DNA from: an uncultured Candidatus Saccharibacteria bacterium
Lineage (GTDB): Bacteria > Patescibacteriota > Minisyncoccia > UBA6257 > Colwellbacteraceae
Reading direction: 5' to 3'
Length of the DNA stretch: 64,000 nucleotides
Assembly: GCA_964643135.1 (NCBI GenBank)
Contig: CAZXPC010000002.1
Location: 73,049-137,048 of the forward strand
The position numbers were made by a program, and so were the translations under genes. The stretch's first letter is position 1, and every line of letters starts with the position of its first letter. The notes under the pieces were generated by a model. The model made no database searches and had not been told where the DNA came from. It saw only the letters and a program-made list of their open reading frames with translations. Shown one piece after another: positions 17,282-26,072 of the stretch.

Positions 17282-18268
17282 ATGGCAAAAATTCTGCGTT
17301 TATATATTTTAATGCTGCGCTATCGCGTGGCGATTATGCTCGCTATCTTCTTTTTGATCGGAGCTTCCGCGCGGTCTGGGCTGTCTGAATTTAAAACCTC
17401 TTATCTTTTCGGAATACTGGCGCTCTTCTTTAGCTTTATAGCGGCGACCTCAATCAACGATATCTCCGATAAAGATATCGATAAAATTAACCATCCGGGT
17501 GTAAAGGGGAGGCCTTTAGTTACGGGCGAAGCGACCGAAAAAGACTTGTATTTGGTTCATATCTCAGCTGGCATTTTGGCCATCCTTTTCGGCTTACTCA
17601 TCAATTTAGAGGGGGCATTGATCATGACTTCCTCTCTCATCATCAATTATATTTATTCGGCCAAACCATTTAGGATTTCTTATAAAACTCATTTTGCTCC
17701 ACTCCTTCTTACTGTTGCTTACGTTCTGGTGCCGTTTCTTTTGGGGTTCCAGGCTTCAAACTCGAATTTTATTTGGAACCAGGATGGATTTTTTGTTCTA
17801 TCTCTCATGCTGATGTTCGGCGGGAGACTGATTCTTAAAGATCTAAGAGACAGAAAAGGGGATTCGCTCTACGGCAAACCAACTTTTCTTTTAAAATACG
17901 GCAAAACCGCTACTTGTTTGGCCAGCCTGGCTTTAGTTTTTTCCGGGAATTTACTTTTATTCTGGTCTTTTCATGAGCCTTGGCTGCTCAAGCTCTTATT
18001 GGAGCCATACTTTTTGGCAATTTATTTTCTGCTTTACCGGCTTTGGCTTCTGCCGGAAGGAGAGATGGAGCAGTCTGCTATTGCCATTGCGGCTAAGATG
18101 GGCAACGGGGTTCTTTTGTCGATTTTAGGAATCCAGATTCTTAATGCTTATTATTTCCCGTCAAGCTATTATTACGGCTTTGTTTTTTCTCTTCTCGTGA
18201 TGTTCTTTTCCGTTTTTCTCTCTTTGCTTTCTAATCCTAAGTATGCAAGTATTGGATATAAAGGATAA
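17282..18268 (+). CDS. UbiA-family polyprenyl-phosphate (phosphoribosyl/aryl) transferase
   Basis: First Asp-rich motif NDISDKDIDKIN (NDxxDxxxD). Second motif DLRDRKGD (DxxxD). 8-9 TM. Confidence 0.65.
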   Translation: MAKILRLYILMLRYRVAIMLAIFFLIGASARSGLSEFKTSYLFGILALFFSFIAATSINDISDKDIDKINHPGVKGRPLVTGEATEKDLYLVHISAGILAILFGLLINLEGALIMTSSLIINYIYSAKPFRISYKTHFAPLLLTVAYVLVPFLLGFQASNSNFIWNQDGFFVLSLMLMFGGRLILKDLRDRKGDSLYGKPTFLLKYGKTATCLASLALVFSGNLLLFWSFHEPWLLKLLLEPYFLAIYFLLYRLWLLPEGEMEQSAIAIAAKMGNGVLLSILGIQILNAYYFPSSYYYGFVFSLLVMFFSVFLSLLSNPKYASIGYKG

Positions 18269-18270
18269 AA

Positions 18271-18744
18271 ATGAAGTTTCTGGCTTGGTTTTCGAAATAT
18301 CTCAAATATCTTTTAGTGTTCTTAATTGGCATAGCGATTGGCGGCTATCTTTTTTCGGGCGTTCAGCCGAGAACGTTTATCACGCCTAGCGGCTGTTTCG
18401 CCAAGTGCTTCTCTAAAAGCGAATTTTTAGGACTTTTGGCTTCAGTCGGTATACAGAGAACCGGAGGAACATTTTTCCCGATTGTTTTGGAAACCGATAA
18501 AACAATTGTGATCAATGACCCCGATAAATTGGCCACCGAAAAATATAATTTTATTATTATTCCCAAGAAAGACATTCATGACGCGGCCGACATTAGTGAA
18601 GAGGACCAGGCTTATCTAATAGACGCCTTTAATGTGATCCATAAGTTAGTTGCTCAATATCACTTAACTAGCTTTAAGGTTGTCTCGAACGGTCCAGGTT
18701 TTAGGAAGATGGCTTATCTCCACTTCCACCTGATCGCGCAGTAG
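18271..18744 (+). CDS. HIT-family (histidine triad) protein with an N-terminal TM anchor
   Basis: …NFIIIPKKDI… and C-terminal HFHLI (HxHxH-like triad). Confidence 0.5.
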   Translation: MKFLAWFSKYLKYLLVFLIGIAIGGYLFSGVQPRTFITPSGCFAKCFSKSEFLGLLASVGIQRTGGTFFPIVLETDKTIVINDPDKLATEKYNFIIIPKKDIHDAADISEEDQAYLIDAFNVIHKLVAQYHLTSFKVVSNGPGFRKMAYLHFHLIAQ

Positions 18745-19869
18745 CTAGCTTTTGAATGTCACGTAGTTTTGGATAACTTCCGAGAGTTTGCGTTTAAAAT
18801 TACTCTTCGAAAATTTGTGGGCGGTTTCTTTGACGCGGCCTCGGTCTAGATCTGAGGTCAGAAAAGTGGCGACGGCCTTGATTAGTGAATCGGGGTGCTG
18901 TTTTTTGAAGAAGAAGCCGTTTCGGCCCTCTTCGATAATTTCTCGGGCGCCTCCGCCGTCGTAGGCAATAACCGGAACGCCAGAAGAGATCGCTTCGGCG
19001 GCCACCAGCCCAAAATCTTCGACTTGCGGAAAGATCAGCGCTTTGGCCCGGCGCAAAATTTGGATGAGTTCTTGATCCGGCGGGGGAGCCATTAGGGTAA
19101 TGTTCTCAGATTTGATCAACTTTTCTAGATTTTTCTTATGCGGACCGCTGCCCATAATAATGAGCGGCAAGCCGAGCTTGTTAAAGGCCTCGATGATCAG
19201 ATCGAACCTTTTATAATGCAGGAGGCGGCCGTAAGCGACAAAATAATCGCTGGGGTAATCAACTGATTGGCTTGGCGCAGAGAACTGGTCATCAACGGGC
19301 GGGTAAATGATCTTGGCTTCGCGGTTATAATAATTTGAAATTTTTTCGGCGATGAATTTCGAATTGGCTACGATCAGATCAGGTTTTTGCGCGGCTTTGT
19401 AGTCCCACCGGCGCACATAAGAGATGATCGGTCCTCCGAGTTTGATCAGGAATTTTGGCAAAAGAGTGCCGAGATACATTTCCGGCTCCCAGGCGTAACG
19501 CAGAGGGGAATGGATGTAGCTGATGTGGATGCCCTTGGAATGATTAACGCCCTTTCCGAAACCGGCCGAGTCGGAAATTATTAGGTCATATTTATCTTTG
19601 AGATTCAAAGATTCGGCGGCTACGGGGAAGAACGGAATAAATAAGCGGTGGTAGTGCCGCACGATGACATTATCGAGAAAGCTGGTTTTGATGACGCGGT
19701 CTTTAAACTTGCCGCGGAGCAACTTTTTGTCGTAGAAAAGCGTGTAAATCGGGGCATCCGGGAACATTTCGGCCAGGCATTCCAGAACCCGCTCAGCGCC
19801 GCCGTATTGGTTTAAATAATCGTGGACTAAAGCCACCCGTAGTTTTTTGGAAGTATTAGCACCTATCAT
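18745..19869 (-). CDS. GT4-family glycosyltransferase (glycosyl transferase group 1)
   Basis: EDFGLVAAEAISSGVPVIAYDGGGAREII (the GT4 E-x7-E region). Confidence 0.8.
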   Translation of the reverse strand: MIGANTSKKLRVALVHDYLNQYGGAERVLECLAEMFPDAPIYTLFYDKKLLRGKFKDRVIKTSFLDNVIVRHYHRLFIPFFPVAAESLNLKDKYDLIISDSAGFGKGVNHSKGIHISYIHSPLRYAWEPEMYLGTLLPKFLIKLGGPIISYVRRWDYKAAQKPDLIVANSKFIAEKISNYYNREAKIIYPPVDDQFSAPSQSVDYPSDYFVAYGRLLHYKRFDLIIEAFNKLGLPLIIMGSGPHKKNLEKLIKSENITLMAPPPDQELIQILRRAKALIFPQVEDFGLVAAEAISSGVPVIAYDGGGAREIIEEGRNGFFFKKQHPDSLIKAVATFLTSDLDRGRVKETAHKFSKSNFKRKLSEVIQNYVTFKS

Positions 19870-19926
19870 CTATATATTGTACGCTTACCACGAAAATTGT
19901 AAATTATTAACTTATGTAAGAGAATT

Positions 19927-20538
19927 ATGAGCGTGGATTACCCCCGTTGGAAAAGAATTGAAGATATTGTGGGCGCCAGTATCGGAATAATGGTTGTGTC
20001 TCCTTTTGTGCCGTTTATAGTCTTAGCTATTAAATTAGAATATCCCGGCGAGCCGGTTTTGGTAAAGCTGCCCCGGGTGAGCGGCGGCAAGGTTATCAAC
20101 GTTTTCAAATTCAGGAACATGATTCCCGATGCTCACAAAATGAAAGACAGCCTGCTGCACTTGAATGAAAGAAAAGACGGGCCCTTTTTTAAGATCAAGA
20201 ACGATCCGCGGGTAACCCGGGTGGGCCGGGTTTTGAGGAAGTTTCGCATTGATGAATTGCCCCAGCTTTTGAACGTTTTACGCGGGGACCTGGCCTTAGT
20301 CGGCCCGCGTCCGCATGAGCCGAAGGAAGTAGAGGCGTATCCCGAACAATATAAACACATTCCTCATTTCCGAGCCGGCGCGACCGGCTTGTCGCAGGTG
20401 AGCGGATCATCGAGTTTGCCGTTCCTGAAGGAATTGGAACTGGAAAAAAGCTATTTGGAAGAATTTTCGCCGGCTAAAGACATCAAGATTATTTTTCATA
20501 GCGCGGCTATCTTCCTCTTTGACCCGAACGCGGTCTAA
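19927..20538 (+). CDS. Polyprenyl-phosphate sugar-phosphate transferase (bacterial sugar transferase family, WcaJ/WbaP C-terminal-domain type)
   Basis: KRIEDIVGA…FKFRNM…DELPQLLNVLRGDLALVGPRP, the PF02397 signature. Confidence 0.8.
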   Translation: MSVDYPRWKRIEDIVGASIGIMVVSPFVPFIVLAIKLEYPGEPVLVKLPRVSGGKVINVFKFRNMIPDAHKMKDSLLHLNERKDGPFFKIKNDPRVTRVGRVLRKFRIDELPQLLNVLRGDLALVGPRPHEPKEVEAYPEQYKHIPHFRAGATGLSQVSGSSSLPFLKELELEKSYLEEFSPAKDIKIIFHSAAIFLFDPNAV

Positions 20539-20661
20539 TGCTCGCAAATTTTTAACGATGGCGTTGTTGCGGAGCCTCTCAAATTCGTCGAAGTAGTATT
20601 TAAAGACTACATCTCCTCATTTGTTTCTCCGCGCCTAGCCCTGGTTCAAAATTTGCGAGCA
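20539..20661 (+). repeat. Structured intergenic element A, copy 1 (18-bp outer inverted repeat TGCTCGCAAATTTTTAAC/GTTCAAAATTTGCGAGCA around a conserved ~71-nt core)
   Basis: Core 20566..20636 GTTGCGGAGCCTCTCAAATTCGTCGAAGTAGTATTTAAAGACTACATCTCCTCATTTGTTTCTCCGCGCCT recurs at 42323..42392 with one indel. Internal hairpins GCGGAG/CTCCGC and GTAGT/ACTAC. Confidence 0.6.
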
Positions 20662-20692
20662 TTGGCTTGCGATAGTATTATGGGATAGACCA

Positions 20693-22801
20693 ATGGACAA
20701 AATTCCGCCCAAAAACATAAAGAGGACGATGTCCGATATCCATCATCCCCGGAGAGATAATCGTTCCGGCGATTTGAGCCGGGCTATTAGCGAGAGCGCT
20801 GAAAAGCTCGACTCATCCGACAAATTCTTCAAGCGAGGCAACTCAACTTTTCATCAAGATTTTAAGGTAAAGAGGAGCGTATTCACCGTGGCAAGGATAG
20901 CAAAATACACCGGTCTCTTGGTTCTCATCTCGATTTTGGGTTATGGCACATATCTCTTGGCTTCGAAGGACGATTCGATTAAATCAGCTCAGGATATTTA
21001 TGCTAATTTTAAACAAATTAGCAAGGATATCGGCGCGCTTAATACCGGTTCAGTCGACGGGCTGATCGCTAAAATTAACGGCGACCTTGGCAGTTTGAAA
21101 AATAAGACCGGGCCGCTTAATTTAGCGCCGGTTCTGAATGAGATTCCTAAAACCATCGGCCTCCTGGGAGAAGTTTCGGGCAAAGTCGGCGCGCTTAATA
21201 AAGACCTCACCGAATTAAAGACTAACGGCTTCAAAGATTTTATGTCTAAACCCGAAAAGAGCGTGGAGGGTGTCGCCCAAAGCAGCCTGGCCGGGCTCTT
21301 GGAAGACGCTAATAAAAACATTAAAGATTTAAGCAGCCTTTCGGCCGACTTACGGAACGCCGCCGCGAAATTTGACTTGGTGCCGTCCGGTGTTGATGCG
21401 CAGTATCTGAAAAGCGCCGCCGACCTGAATCAGCTGACCGAATTTTTGGATGCGGCAATTCCGATTCTCAAGTCGGAGGGCGAGCGGCATTTCCTCGTTA
21501 TGTTTGAAAATCCGACCGAAATACGGCCGGCCGGCGGCTTCTTGGGAAGTTACGGAGACATTACTTTGTCGGGCGGCAGTATTTCCTCGATTGACGTGAA
21601 TGATATTTATTACGCGACCCATTTTGCTTCCGACAAAATAATTCCTCCGGCTGAACTGCAGAGCATTACGACGGCTTGGAGTCCGCAAGACGCGAATTGG
21701 TTTTTCGATTTTCCGACTTCCGCCAAAAAGACGGCTGATTTTATCGAGAACTCTGCCCCCTATTCGGACAACAAGATCGCTTATGAAGGCGTGATCTCGC
21801 TTAATGTGCGTATTGTGGAAGACTTGCTCAAGATTACGGGGCCAATCGATATACCGGAATATAATATCACGCTTAACGAGACTAACTTTTTGCCCGAAGT
21901 TCAGCGTGAAGTGGAACAGGGTAAGGACAAGAAACCGGGCCAGAACCCCAAAAAGGTTTTGAAATTTATCATGCCGGTTTTGCTCGATCGGCTCGGCCAC
22001 CTGAGCGACCAGGACAAGCTGGCTGTGTTGGATATCTTCCGCAACCGGTTTCTGAGCAAGGATATTCAGATCTACTTTAAGGATCCGATTTTTGAGAATA
22101 TGGCCGTTCAATACGGCGTGGGCGGAGAGGTGTTCGATCTGCCCCAGGGCAATGCCGATTATTTAGCTGTGGTTGATGCTAATGTGGCCGGCGGTAAAAG
22201 CGATATGTTTATTTCGCAGAAAATCAACTTGAGGTCCGAGATCGATCCTCTGGGAGTTTTGAATAATAGCCTCACGGTGAGCCGGGCGAGTGCGGGCGGG
22301 CACGAGGCTGATTGGTGGTACAATTCGATCAACCAAAATTATATAAAAATTTTTACCGCTCCGGGATTCCAGCTCGAAAGCATCAAGGGCAATTCTAAAA
22401 AGACGATTAAGCCGCCAATCGACTACGCGAAAGCCGGGTATCATGTCGACCCTGAGCTGAGCGCGGTGGAAAATACCAAGAAGCTGATTGCGAGCGCCAA
22501 CTCGGCGGTATCGAGCGAGAACGGTAAGGATGTTTTTGGGACCTGGTTCAATGTGAAGCCGGGGGAAAGCCGCGACCTGGTTCTTAACTACACCAATGCT
22601 AAAAAATTAGACCTGACGCCGGGGTCGAAATTTCAGTTCGTCTTTGAAAAACAATCGGGAGTGGAATCGGTTCTGAATTATTCGATTGATGCGCCGTCCG
22701 GATTCATCTGGCGCGAGGCCAAAGGCCCGACCTTCAGCTACGTGAATGATAAGTTGCCGGCTAGAGTCATCATCAACCTGACGCTCGATAAAGAGCAATA
22801 A
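20693..22801 (+). CDS. Membrane-anchored large extracellular protein, hypothetical
   Basis: N-terminal cytoplasmic tail, a single TM (LLVLISILGYGTYLLA), and a ~600-aa exported domain. Preceded by element A. Confidence 0.5.
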   Translation: MDKIPPKNIKRTMSDIHHPRRDNRSGDLSRAISESAEKLDSSDKFFKRGNSTFHQDFKVKRSVFTVARIAKYTGLLVLISILGYGTYLLASKDDSIKSAQDIYANFKQISKDIGALNTGSVDGLIAKINGDLGSLKNKTGPLNLAPVLNEIPKTIGLLGEVSGKVGALNKDLTELKTNGFKDFMSKPEKSVEGVAQSSLAGLLEDANKNIKDLSSLSADLRNAAAKFDLVPSGVDAQYLKSAADLNQLTEFLDAAIPILKSEGERHFLVMFENPTEIRPAGGFLGSYGDITLSGGSISSIDVNDIYYATHFASDKIIPPAELQSITTAWSPQDANWFFDFPTSAKKTADFIENSAPYSDNKIAYEGVISLNVRIVEDLLKITGPIDIPEYNITLNETNFLPEVQREVEQGKDKKPGQNPKKVLKFIMPVLLDRLGHLSDQDKLAVLDIFRNRFLSKDIQIYFKDPIFENMAVQYGVGGEVFDLPQGNADYLAVVDANVAGGKSDMFISQKINLRSEIDPLGVLNNSLTVSRASAGGHEADWWYNSINQNYIKIFTAPGFQLESIKGNSKKTIKPPIDYAKAGYHVDPELSAVENTKKLIASANSAVSSENGKDVFGTWFNVKPGESRDLVLNYTNAKKLDLTPGSKFQFVFEKQSGVESVLNYSIDAPSGFIWREAKGPTFSYVNDKLPARVIINLTLDKEQ

Positions 22802-22841
22802 TTTGCTATCCGAGGCGGTATTTTGCTAACCTGTCCTCACC

Positions 22842-24650
22842 ATGTCGCAAAACATACGCAACTTCGTCATAATTGCCCACATTGACCACGGCAAATCGAC
22901 CCTCGCGGATCGCATGCTTGAGATTACGCGGACGGTTCAGTCTCACAAAATGAAGGATCAATATCTTGATTCGCATGAGCTGGAACGCGAGCGGGGGATT
23001 ACAATCCGCATGGCTCCGGTGCGCATGCACTACAAGAAGGGCAACGAGGAATATATTCTGAATTTGATCGATACGCCGGGTCACAGCGATTTTTCATATG
23101 AAGTTTCGCGGTCGCTTAAGGCGGTGGAAGGCGCGGTTTTGCTGGTGGATGCGACGCAAGGCATCCAGGCTCAAACTTTGGCTAACCTGCACTTTGCGCA
23201 AAAAGCGGGCTTAAAAATAATTGGCGCCTTGAACAAGGTTGATATGAACCCAGCCGGCCTCGATGATTTGGCTTTTGAATTGGCGTCGCTTATTAACGTT
23301 GAGCCGGAGGATATACATAGAATCTCGGGCAAGACCGGTCTCGGTGTGCCGGCCCTTTTGGATGATGTGGTCGCCAAGGTGCCGCCCCCTTCCCGAGGCG
23401 TAGCCTCGGGGCAGTCGGCGCTTGTTTTTAGCTCTCAGTATGATAACCACAAGGGCGTCGTGGCCTTTGTCCGGGTGTTTGGCGGGAAACTTAGTGATCA
23501 TGAAGATACCAAGCTTATCGCCGCTAACCATAATTTTAAAATTAAAGAGCTCGGCTATTTCTTGCCGGAGCTGACACCAGCCCAGGAATTGAAAGAGGGG
23601 GAGATCGGTTATATCGCGACCGGCATCAAAGACCCGGGGTTGATCCGCGTGGGCGACACGATCGGCGTTACGCCGATGCCGGGCTTTAAAATTCCGGCGC
23701 CGGTTGTGTTCGTTTCGATTTATCCGGACGATGCGTCTGACTACGAAAACTTGAAAGCGGCGATGGGCAAACTCCAGCTCAATGATTCTTCACTGACTTT
23801 CCAACCCGACATGAGCGAAGTTTTGGGCCGCGGCTTTCGGTGCGGGTTTTTGGGCCGGCTCCACTTTGAGATTACGATGCAAAGATTAGAGCGCGAATTT
23901 AATTTGGAAGTGGTTAACAGCTTTCCATCGGTGTCGTACAAGGTTAAATTTAGAACTCTGAAGAACTTGCCGAACCATTTAACGAATAAAGTTGATCAAG
24001 ACGGCTACGTGACGATCGAGAACCCGAAGGATTTGCCCGATGATTATGTCGAGATCTTGGAGCCGATTACGAGAATCGAAGTCTTGATGCCTTCGGAATA
24101 TCTCGGCGCTTTCTTGGGGTTGAAGGATCTTTTCAGATTTTCCGACACCGAGACAACGTCATACGGCTTATCGAGCGTAAAAGTAACGGCCAAGTTGCCG
24201 CTCTCGGAATTGATTCTGGACTTTGATGATAAATTAAAATCAGCGACTTCGGGCTTCGCCTCGTTTAGCTACGAAATGACCGGCTATGAAAAAACCCAAG
24301 TAAAAAGGCTGGATATCCACGTGGCCGAAGAATTAGTGACGGGTCTTAGCCGCATTATCTACGACGAGAATATCGAGGCTGTCGGCCGCACCATGCTCTT
24401 GAGGCTCAAGGATCTTTTGCCGAAGCAGCAATTTTCGCAGGCCTTGCAGGCGGTCAATGGCGGGCGCATCATCGCGCGTGAGACGATTCCGGCGATGCAG
24501 AAAAACTTGGGCGACTTCGGCAAAAACGGGGGAGACCGTACCCGGAAAATGAAGCTTTGGAAAAAGCAGAAAGAAGGCAAGGCGAGGCTGAAAGAAAGCG
24601 GCAAGGTTCATATCTCGCCCGAGATATTTAAAGAATTGCTGAAGAAATAG
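22842..24650 (+). CDS. lepA: Elongation factor 4 (LepA)
   Basis: RNFVIIAHIDHGKSTLADR…DTPGHSDF…NKVD…, and an LepA-specific C-terminal domain. Confidence 0.95.
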   Translation: MSQNIRNFVIIAHIDHGKSTLADRMLEITRTVQSHKMKDQYLDSHELERERGITIRMAPVRMHYKKGNEEYILNLIDTPGHSDFSYEVSRSLKAVEGAVLLVDATQGIQAQTLANLHFAQKAGLKIIGALNKVDMNPAGLDDLAFELASLINVEPEDIHRISGKTGLGVPALLDDVVAKVPPPSRGVASGQSALVFSSQYDNHKGVVAFVRVFGGKLSDHEDTKLIAANHNFKIKELGYFLPELTPAQELKEGEIGYIATGIKDPGLIRVGDTIGVTPMPGFKIPAPVVFVSIYPDDASDYENLKAAMGKLQLNDSSLTFQPDMSEVLGRGFRCGFLGRLHFEITMQRLEREFNLEVVNSFPSVSYKVKFRTLKNLPNHLTNKVDQDGYVTIENPKDLPDDYVEILEPITRIEVLMPSEYLGAFLGLKDLFRFSDTETTSYGLSSVKVTAKLPLSELILDFDDKLKSATSGFASFSYEMTGYEKTQVKRLDIHVAEELVTGLSRIIYDENIEAVGRTMLLRLKDLLPKQQFSQALQAVNGGRIIARETIPAMQKNLGDFGKNGGDRTRKMKLWKKQKEGKARLKESGKVHISPEIFKELLKK

Positions 24651-24662
24651 TATACTAGAAGC

Positions 24663-24929
24663 ATGGTCAAGCAGTTGGCTTACATAGGAGCTGGTGTTGT
24701 TATCCTCGGCTTAGGCTACCATATTTATAATGCTAATTTGGTGCGGGCCGACCTGCAAAAGCAATACCAAACGCTTTCGTCTGACTATCAAGGCCTGAAG
24801 AAAGATAACAACACCATGCAGGGCGATATTCAGTATTTTTCAGACCCGCACAACCTGGAAAAAGAATTGCGCGGAGAGAATTACCGCGCGCCGAACGAAA
24901 AAGTGATCATAGTTGCTCCGCCAAAGTAG
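24663..24929 (+). CDS. Septum-formation-initiator-like protein (FtsB/DivIC family)
   Basis: N-terminal TM, a coiled coil, and a C-terminal …EKELRGENYRAPNEKVIIV resembling the FtsB C-terminus. Confidence 0.45.
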   Translation: MVKQLAYIGAGVVILGLGYHIYNANLVRADLQKQYQTLSSDYQGLKKDNNTMQGDIQYFSDPHNLEKELRGENYRAPNEKVIIVAPPK

Positions 24930-24953
24930 TCCTCGAGGTCCGACCTTGAGAAT

Positions 24954-25024
24954 GCGAGTGTAGTACAGTGGCAGTACGCGACCTTCCCAAGGTTGAGACG
25001 AGGGTTCAATTCCCTTCACTCGCT
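24954..25024 (+). tRNA. tRNA-Gly(CCC)
   Basis: Acceptor GCGAGTG/CACTCGC. Anticodon stem CGACC/GGTTG with loop TTCCCAA. T-arm GAGGG-TTCAATT-CCCTT. Confidence 0.75.
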
Positions 25025-25027
25025 CCT

Positions 25028-25255
25028 CTATTTTTTTACCTCCTCCGGTGGGGTGGCCACTTCGGTCGGCACTACTACTTCAGCTTTTTTCTTCTTTTTA
25101 AGACCAGATACAAGCTTCTGGCCCAGTCCGCGGCCGATATGGAGATGTACCGCTTTTTCGATCAGGAGGCTTTTTTCAGATTGCTTAATCTCGGCTTCGG
25201 TGGCGGGTCTTTCGTTCAAGATTGCGTCGAAAAATTGTTGAGTGTTTTTGTCCAT
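25028..25255 (-). CDS. Small Lys-rich hypothetical protein, last gene of the minus-strand pil operon
   Basis: 75-aa ORF, but overlapped by ORFs on the opposite strand and adjacent to tRNA-Gly. Uncertain. Confidence 0.25.
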   Translation of the reverse strand: MDKNTQQFFDAILNERPATEAEIKQSEKSLLIEKAVHLHIGRGLGQKLVSGLKKKKKAEVVVPTEVATPPEEVKK

Positions 25256-25265
25256 AAAATCTAAG

Positions 25266-25484
25266 TTAGATTTTTATTGGTGTTAATCCCAAGCGCGGTG
25301 CGATTTTGTTGAAGGTAGCCAGGTCCAGCGCGGCGCCGGTGCTGTTCACTTTGGATTCGTCGACTTGAAAAGAATTATTAATGCGTTCGGCAAAAAATTT
25401 GCCGGAAGAAATAATAAGAAAGGTGATTACGACGCCTAGTACAATGATAATGCCGAGATATGTCAGGTTTTTGGTTTTAAACAT
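25266..25484 (-). CDS. Small single-TM protein in the pilM/N/O operon (PilP-like position)
   Basis: N-terminal TM (LTYLGIIIVLGVVITFLII). Confidence 0.35.
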   Translation of the reverse strand: MFKTKNLTYLGIIIVLGVVITFLIISSGKFFAERINNSFQVDESKVNSTGAALDLATFNKIAPRLGLTPIKI

Positions 25485-25488
25485 GGTT

Positions 25489-26058
25489 TTAAATGCTGAT
25501 TTGCTTTAAGTAAATTTTACCATGCAGATTTATCGTCGAGGCGCTGTCCCAGCCCTGAGGGCCGCCCCCGACAATGGAGATGCTATCGACAGCTGCGAAA
25601 TATTGGAATTTTTCCAAGGCTTTCAAAAATCGGACAAATTGGCTTTCGGTGCCGGTTAGAGTCAGGGAAATATCAATGGTCGAGAGCGTCGCGCCCGGCT
25701 CATTGATAGCGATATCGGTGGGCGTCAGAGACCCGAATGATTTGGTCATCGCAACGCCGTTTCCCGCCGCGAGCTTGTCTAGAGCCGCGCCGATTTCGAC
25801 GACGTTATCGGTCGTGGGGAACGCGTTTAAGACCGCGTTGTAATTTTTGTCTCCTAGCATGGCAAAGTCGGTTTGGAGAGAACCGACGGCTTCGACCCGC
25901 TTTTGCAGAATTGCGTTGGCGGTGTTTTTCTCATTCATTTTGTCGCTGATACTGGAGATCTTTCCGACAAAGAAGAAGACCAGCCCCAGGCAGATCAAAA
26001 CGGCGATGGCCGGCTTAAGCGTATATTTTCCCACTCGCGCGAGCAGTTCTTTATTCAT
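25489..26058 (-). CDS. pilO: PilO-like type IV pilus assembly protein
   Basis: N-terminal TM, a coiled coil and a periplasmic domain. Located directly downstream of pilM/N. Confidence 0.45.
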   Translation of the reverse strand: MNKELLARVGKYTLKPAIAVLICLGLVFFFVGKISSISDKMNEKNTANAILQKRVEAVGSLQTDFAMLGDKNYNAVLNAFPTTDNVVEIGAALDKLAAGNGVAMTKSFGSLTPTDIAINEPGATLSTIDISLTLTGTESQFVRFLKALEKFQYFAAVDSISIVGGGPQGWDSASTINLHGKIYLKQISI

Positions 26059-26072
26059 GTTACTTAATTATA

